From a virus, in IMG/VR virus record IMGVR_UViG_3300008262_000126, positions 1-64,000 of that record: a stretch of 64,000 nucleotides of DNA; one strand, 5' to 3'. Positions 27,701 through 36,700 of the stretch are shown one piece after another (position 1 is the stretch's first letter; each line of letters starts with the position of its first letter). The notes under the pieces were generated by a model. That model searched no databases, was not told where the DNA came from, and saw only the letters and a list, made by a program, of their open reading frames with translations. The translations under genes were made by a program, and so were the position numbers.

Positions 27701-30700
27701 TCGCCCGAAGAGATTCAAAAAAGAAAAGCAGACCTAGATTTACAAATAGCCGAAGCCGCAAGAGAAGCAGCACAATCACAACAGGTTATAGAGTTAATGC
27801 AAAGACAGGCCCAGGGTTTAGACACGGAAGATAGCGACATTCGTTTTGTTGTTGACAATACAGGCATTCCGGTAAGTTACGAAGATAAGCAGGTAATTGA
27901 CCGAACTTCTTTGCGTCCGCTAGTGCGGACAAAAATGACTGTTGATGACACTGGTGAATCAGGATTTGTTTCTAATTTGAATGTTAGAGATATCGTAGAT
28001 CAAGCAGAAGCAGTCAAGCCAACCGCCGAGTTAATGGACGAAATCGGTAAAATGTCCGATGCCGATCTCGCTGCTGTCAAAATGCCTTCAAAGGTTCTTA
28101 CAGACGAAGAGAAAGAAAAATATCAATACTTAAGACAAGCGTCGAAACAGGCAAAAGAAGAAGCACGTAAAATCTATGAAGCTGACACTCCCCTTGGTGA
28201 AGCAATTCGAAAATATTACAGAATTACCAACGTAGAAGAGCGGGACAGAATGACGCTGGGAGACATAGGAAGCCCGGCAATTCCCGGATTAAAGGAAGCC
28301 GTAGCTGAGTACGAATTACAGCGGGGTATATCACTTGGATCAGACGAGCAAACGGGTAAGCTTGGAAAGGCGAGTGAAGCCACGCCACTACAACTCGCCG
28401 CTCGTTTATTCAGATCGTCTCGTGCAGCAGTCAGAGCGTATGAAACAGAATTTGGAGTAGAGCCTGCGTTTAGTGCGCGCGAGGTAATGGACGAGCTCTT
28501 AGCATCTTCCGCAAGAGCCGAAGTAGATAGCGCTCCAGCTGGATCTGCAGAAACAGCGGTAGCATTGGACAAAACTATTTCAAGCTTTGAAGGGGGAATA
28601 CCTGAAATTAAAGGCTCTACTGATAGAGCACCGAGAAGACCTAGAAGAGCCCCGGCTGATGTAGTTGCAGACGTTGAACAACCTTACACTGAGAATCAGT
28701 TAAAGTATGCTCGAGCACAGGTAAGGGCTTTAGCTGGCAGAACCGACCTCACAGCCGAACAAAAAAGACAATTAAGCGAAGCAAGAAAAAAATTACACAA
28801 TTATGCAATGAAGCGGTTGACGACTAATTTCGGGGACAACAAAGGCGTGATGCAAATTGCAAACGTAGTTGCCGGTTTAACTCCTCCTGATTGGGCAAAA
28901 GATGACGTGCAGAGTGCCCGTGTTTCGGCAATATCACAAGCAATGGCTGACTTAAAACCAGGACAGTTGGCGAAGTTGAAAGACGTCGATCTTAGAGACC
29001 CAGTGCAGATGGATATACTTTCAAAAGATCCGGCGCTGCAGCCAATAATGGCGTTGCTGGCTGATCAGGATATCGATGCCGCGCTTAAGTATAGATCAGG
29101 CACGACGGAATACGATGAGGCAAAAGGACTGCTATCTGCAATTGAAGGGGCAAAGAAACGCTTACCTGTTCCTGAGCCAACGGCTGGCGTACCGACTGAC
29201 GCAAGGCGATTGTTTTTTGACTTAGAAACAAACTTTGCAAAAAAACCTGAAGACCGGTTAATCTTTCAAGCAGCTACAGGCGTTAACGACGGAAAAGTCA
29301 GCGACATGTACGCAGTTCCCTTAGACTCGAGCGCTGAGGAGATAAACAGAATAGCGGTGGACCCCACAATTCCCGATGACGAGAAGAGAAAATTAATTAG
29401 AGAACTCGCTCTTAAACGAGCTGGAAAACCTCCTTTAGTTGAAGGCAGAGCCAGCGGTAACGACGTTAGTTCGGGAGTTATCGATAATCTAGTTAATGCT
29501 GCAATGTCGGGACGTCAAATACTTACTCAAGGCCAAATACGCGGAGATTTACAGAGTCAAATTCTAGCTGCCACTACAGTAGCAGGGCATAACATTGAAA
29601 CCTTTGACTTGCCCACAGTATACGGCGGCGAAATGGCTGTTCCGGATGCAGTAAAAGCAAAAACAGAAGACACATTGCTGATGAGTCGTAACATGTATCC
29701 AGGATCTCACACACTGAGTGATACATATGAGGTGGTTACCGGAGATCCGCTAGTCAACGCTCACGATGCACGCGCAGACACGGAAGCAGTGCAAAGAATA
29801 TTTCCTCAGGTTTCTGATCCAGAGGAACGTGCCAAAATAACAGAAGCATATTTAGCAAAACATGGAATTACAATGGATTCCGCTGTTGGTCAGCTTGTTG
29901 CTACACCTAAGATAGCAGACATTGCAGATACGGAAGAACGAAAGAAAGCATCTAGACAAGTGGCTGAGGCGCACGCTTTCTATCAACCTTTAGCGGACAT
30001 GCAGGACTTTACACGCCGTATCGCAAAAAGCGGCGGTAAAACAATACTGAGGGACGCTGATAAAACAGTGGCTGCTGAACAAGGCTGGTACGATATGAGT
30101 CCAGCTGCGAAAGCTAGTTTATTCGAACGAATGAACAAAATGTTTGTAGGACATACTAAGCTCAAAGGGAAAAAAATAGAAGAACTTGACGACGCAGAGT
30201 TAGGCGAGTTTGTTAAGGAAATAAATGCTACCTACTTAGAACCCAATGCAGATGCGGCAGTAGGTGGGGATTTCGGCGGAATGAAAAGACTGCTGGAGGA
30301 AAAAGTAGGCGGGAAAATGGCGTTCTCTGATTTTCGAACACCAGCTGAACGCCTTGCAGCCATTAAAGGTAGAACAATTGAAGATGTAATGAGCACAGCA
30401 GGTTCTTCGGGTGTTAAAGTTGGTCCTGCCATAAGTAAAGAAACAGTGGGCGATGCAATTGAAGATATATCATTAGCAACTGAAAGACCGACAAAAGTGA
30501 AAACTCCCGGATCTGCACCATCGGTAACTGCAAGTACTTCGGACGGCGGCTCAAAAGAACCCCCAAGAGAACCACCAGTTACTTTCTCAGACGACGCGGA
30601 CTCTGGCGAGCGTGGTGGTCCTGGCGGCGGTATTACTACAATAGCTTCGGCTACTATCGACACGTTGCATGCCGGTGCGGTAGAGATAAACATTCATGGT

Positions 30701-33700
30701 GGTAACGTTACTATAGATGCCAACTTCAGTGCAGGCGCTGCAGAGAAAATGCAAAAATCGTTAGTGTACATATCAAATAAAGATGGTATGAACGTAAACG
30801 GCGATGTCACTAGTGTAGGTACGGGCGGTGGTGGCGGTGGCTATCGACGGGTGTCAGTTGCTGACAGATCTATATTAAATCAACTTGACGCAGCAAAAAA
30901 CCAGATAGCTGGGCAACTTCAAACAGAAACTGACCCAGCAACACGAGAACGGTTGCGCGGTAACCTCAATGAGGTCAGCAGGCAAGCAATTCGCGCCATT
31001 ATTGAGCCTAAGGTAAAAGCAATTGATAGCGAAGGTATGGAACCTTACGTCAACGAACGTTTTTACTACGGGGATGAAACAACAGATTCTAAAGAATCGT
31101 TGACATATTACAATGACGCGGTGGCACAGGCACATCAAGACCTCACTACACAACTTGAAGCTCAACAGGCAATTCCAGAAGGAACTGACGGAAGAGATGA
31201 AGAAATTCAGCGAATACAAAAGCAAATATCGTTAGTTGAGGAACTTATCAATGCGCTTACAGAACTTAATCAAGCAGAGCAGCGTGTAGGTAGTGCAACT
31301 TCAACTAGAGCAATTGTTGATCCTACTGAAGTAAAAAAACCAGCATATCCTACGAATAATAGCGGTTATCGAAAGTTGTCTCCAGAAGATCGTGCTTCAT
31401 TAGCCGTACTCGACGCTACAAAAAATTCAATAAGCGAGCAGCTGAGAACTGAGCAAGATCCAGAAGCCAGGGCAAGATTAAAAGAAACACTAACCGGTGC
31501 GAGCAAAAAAGCAATTGCAGATATTATTAAACCGAAAGCAACAAAGCTACTTGGCTATGGTTTTGTAAATACTGTCGACGCCTTATCAACATCTCCAGAA
31601 GACTCATTAGTTAACTATAGTCAGGCGGCGCAGAGCAAACTTAGCGAATTAAACGGTAGATTGTTTATGATCGAGAGCGAGCGAGAAGATGCTCCGGGTC
31701 GTGAAGAAGCAATCGAGAGAACTAAAAGAGAAATACAGCAAGTCCACGAGCTTATAGACGCTTTGACCGAGCTTAATCAGGCTGAGCAACGAGTTGGTGC
31801 AGCTGGTGCAACACGTAATGCTGAAAGTCCTTACGGACCAAAACCAACTGCAGATCCGCGTGCAGGAGCTAACAAATATAGAAAAGTTTCGTTTGCGGAC
31901 CAGGCTTCTTTTAATGTTCTGGAATCTACAAAAAATGAGGTATCCGCAAGACTGAGAGATGAGACCGATTCAGCAGCACGTGACGCGCTGCGTCAGAGTC
32001 TTGTAAATGCAAGCGAGCGGGCTATTAACGAAGTTATTAAACCTAAAGCGGCGAAGGTATTAAATCCGACGCAGCTTGCGGCGCTTTCGGCTTTGCCAAT
32101 GGGTCCTGAAGAAGCACTAGTCTCTTACAATGAAATGGCCCAGTATAATCTCAATAATCTCTCAACCGAATTGGCTACACAAGAGGCACTGCCTGAAGGT
32201 ACAAGCGGAAGAGATACAGAGATTGAAAGATTAAAAGCAGAAATAGCCGCGGTTGAGGAGCTCATTAATGCACTGACCGAATTAAACGCTATAGAACAAC
32301 GCGTTGGATCGGCAAGTGGTACACGCAATGTAAACAGTCCGTACGGTACTACATCCGGAACTGGTACGGGAACATCAGCAAGTAAATACTACTCAAGAAA
32401 AGCGAAAGAAGACGAGCAGGTATTTCTACAGTTAGCGCGAAACTCATTCGATCAATCAGCGGGGTCTATGGGTATTGCGGGCGGAACAACGGCCGATTCT
32501 CGTAAATTTTTAACAGACCTTACGCGCAGTACTGCAACGACAATGATTAACAGTTCGGGAATACAAGCTCCGGGAATGGCCGCCGATATTGCAGCGATTG
32601 CAGCAACAAGTCCCGAAGTACAGTCAGCTTATGATGATGCAGCTAAAAGTTTAACAGATTTTAGTGGAAAAGTTGGCGGTACAATTACAGACGTCGCTGA
32701 CGACTTATTTACTGTAGTTTCTGGATTAGAGAAGCTGAAAGCGGCGCTTACTCCTATAGCAGCTACCTCTCCTCAAGCAGCAGCAGCTTTGGCGGTTGTT
32801 CAAACTGCTATTGACGAAACAAGTGCGGCTGGAAAAGAACAGCGGGGAACTGCAGGTGTAATTGAAACGGACAATCGAAAGAAAGTTTCGCTTGTCGAAG
32901 AACAAATGCAAGCAGCAGCAAGTAGACCTGGATTTTTTGCCGGCGGCAGACGTGAAAGAGAAATGAGGCAGATACAAGAGGGATACATAAGAGACACCTT
33001 CGGTAAGGAAGGACTAGACGCCCTTATGCACCGAGGTAGAATAAGAGCATACACAGCAACAGGAAAACGTGTCGACATGGCGCAAGCAACTGTACAAGAG
33101 CAGCGAGACACAGTTGAACGATTACAAAAACAAGGTATTAATATTACTGCTGAAGATATGACAGGTATAGCACGAATGTCCGGCAGAGTCGAACAGACAA
33201 AAAGATCTGCACCGATGGGCGATAAGTTATTCTATGCTGCGTCAAAAATTAGAGACACGCAGAGTGTAGTTCAAGCGGCAGTTGATACTGTTACTAGTCT
33301 AGCAAACATACCGCAAATGGCCGGAGGAATGATTCAGCAGTTTGCGAGTAGTGCTACAGGATCTAACAGGGTAATGACAACCGCAAGAGGGTTAGCACTT
33401 GATCCAGAGAATTATACAGCCGCATTAAATGCGGCTGATATGCAGAGAAAGCAATTCGGCGGCTCATTAACTTCAAATCTAGGTCAAGTTACTAGCTTTA
33501 TTCCCTTGTCAAACGCGTACGGTGTAGATATTGGAAAGTCTGTAAAAGTAGCTAGAAAATTAGCCGCGTTTGACCCAGCTCAGGGTATGGAAGGTGCTGG
33601 CATAGCAATCAAAGAATTTCTATCTGGTAACGTTTCGTCTCTCTCACGTCGATTTGAAATTAATCGATCCGCGCTTTCTAAAATTAATACCGGCGATGCA

Positions 33701-36700
33701 ACACAAATGCTTGATAGTCTTGATCAGCTTCTTTCAAGTATGGGCGTTACTGATAGACTTATTGATGAGCAAGCAAACTCTATGGCGACTAAATACGACA
33801 AGATGATCGGTAATCTGGAAAGTGTGCAAATTAGCTCAACTACGGCGATAGTCGACTTTATCACTCCGGCGCTTGAATCTTTAATTGGAGAGCAGTCGTA
33901 CTTTGGTAAGAATGTAAAAGAGCGTTCACTTAATACCGTGCTTAAAGAGACCATTACATCTTACGGCGATGACATATTAAGCGATCCGGAAGCTGGATTA
34001 GACAGCGTTAATATTGGCGGCAGTTTAAGCACGTTTACTTCGCAAATGGACACAATTTTAGAAGCGGCAAATAAACGAATGGCCGGAGAGGCGGGAAGGT
34101 ATAATAGTGCTACTGGCGCTTCTGTATCAGTTCCTGGTTATCGTCTACTCGGTAACATGAAGCCTCAAGAACGAGCAAATATTCAATTTGATGCGCTGCT
34201 TGGGCAGGCACAAGGATTAAATGCAACTCAAGCAATTATGCAAGCCATGCGAAATAATCCCGGAGATTACAACTCAAGTCCTGAATTTTTAAATCAACGC
34301 GAATCTTTAAAAACTAGACAAGTGAAAGTTGATCCGGTTGCTTACGCAGAAGCTTACAAAAAAGCCGAAGCTGGTTTGCTTGTAGCGGATCAAGGCGCAA
34401 CAGATCTCAGCGGTCTGGGCTTGGGGTATATAAACTTTAATGCCGAGCCCGTAAAAGAAAAACCTCTTATGACTAAGGGAAGAGTAAGAAGACAAGTTGA
34501 CGCTGATACGTTCGATATAGAAATACCGGGACGCAAAGACTTGGTCAGGGTTAGAACGGGTGTTATAGACGCACAGGAAAAAGGAACGCAAGATGAGCTT
34601 GCAGCCCGTGTTGGCGGTGCCGATATAATAGGAATGGACCGAGCCATGATTGGTGGGGAGTATAAACCCGGACAGGGACCGGAAATTACATTAGTAGGAA
34701 CTTTAAAAAACATTGACGAGAACAATAGAGTAGTTGCTCAACTGTTAAATAGCGAGGGTAAGAATTACTCGCTTGAAATGATAGCAACCGGAAATGCATC
34801 TTCAGCTTTTATGCAAGGACTTGATAAACAGACTATAGATAGTCTTGCATACATAGAGAAGGTAGTTGCCGATAATGGAGTAGGTCCGCAAAACAGAATA
34901 GCTAGAGATTTAAACCTTGGAGGAGCTCCCGAAATTTCAGAAGAAGTGCGTAGTTCCTATTTCTGGAATAAATATGGATTAGGTATAGGTGGATCCGCAA
35001 TAGCAGGGGGAGCAGCCGGTTTAGGCGGAGCAGCGCTTGCTACCAACGCCACACTTGGTACAGCTGGATTGGCAGGCCTTGGTGGATTAGTAGCTGCTGA
35101 AATAGCCGCTGCAATAGCCCTCCCTGCCGTGGCGGCCGTGGGTTTATATGCAGGCGGGGCTTATGTGTCAGATCGGCTAGATAGTTCTCCCGAAAAAATG
35201 AGAGAATTGTATAAAATGCAAAGTGATCTAGATCGACAAGATGCAAAAATGAACATATTTAATACATTTGCAGATCAGGCAAACTTAAATGCTGAGCAAG
35301 TTGGTAAATATGTGGGTGGTGCTAAGTATCGATCTGACATGCCAAGTAAGGAAATTGTACTTACTCCGGGATTTGGACCGGGAGCTCCAATTATTCCAGG
35401 TACTGCACCAACAAAAACAGCTTTTGAAATTATGCAAGATAGCAAGGCTTCGCTAGGACAGGTTTATTTAGCAAACTACGAAGAAGCTTCCAAAAGTGGA
35501 CAAGAGCGGTTTGCAACAGCCGGCGACGCAACTAAGAGAATATTAGAACGTCAGGTGTACGATCCGGTATCAGAAACCATGATGTCTTATGTTGATTACG
35601 AGGCTCAAACAATAGCGCTTAAGAAAACAGCCGATGTTGATCCGACGGCATACAGAAAATTTGATGCGATGCGCGGAGAGATTTTAAAACCTATAGGGCA
35701 AACTGGAGCACTTATTGAAAATGAGAAATTAGTTGAGCGGGGCATTAAATATGGAACCAGGTTAGACAAACGAGCATTAGCTGAAGCCGAGGCTTCTCCA
35801 TTTCGAGCAGACGTTGCAGATTTAACTAAAAAAAGAGACGACGCGTTTAATGCAGGAGCCGTAGCTGAAGGTCAAAGATATAAAACTCAAATTGATAAAG
35901 CTAATGCTGAAATAGAAAAAATTACGTATACAGATGCTGAATGGGATAAAATACCAGAAGCTGCGCGTTACTTAATAATGTCGGCTGAAGAAGTCGCAAA
36001 TATGACTGCAGAAGAAATAAGATTTGCAGCTGATCAAACCTACCAACAAGGGCTTAATCCAGTTGACTATAAGCAAGAAGCAAAAAACTTTTTTGACGGT
36101 ACAATGGACCGTAATTTTCAAAGACGGCAACAGCGTGTAGACACAACTTTAACTGCTTTTGCAAGACAGTCAATTATGGGATTAGGCGATGCGTCGGCGT
36201 TGCCTAATGACATAGCTAGACAAGTTGTTAACTCTGGTGGAGCGGGGGTAATTGACAACACCCCAGAAGCGAGAGCTGTGCGTATGGTAGGGCGTTCAGG
36301 CTTAATGCCAAAAAATAGAGATTCTGCGCTAGACACTGTAGCAATGCTTACCGAAGCACAAAGAGCAGCAGTAAGAGAGCAATTAGATATTGCAAGAACA
36401 AATCGTCAAGTAGCTTTAGCTAATGCACCAGAAGCTCAATTATATAAATCAGGATTTACAAATTTTGTTATGGCAATGAATAAAGCAGGAGCAACTGCAG
36501 AGGATCTTGGTCGATCTTTTATGAACACCATGAACATGATGTCCGAAGGCAATCCTAGATACGGCTTAGACTTAGCACAGCAAATGACTGGTTTTAGCTA
36601 CGAGGCTATGATCGGTATGCAACTTCGTCCGCGCACTGGTGTAGATGCCGAGGGTAATCCTATATCAAGTCTTAACGGCGCGAACGGTATGCCTTACGGG

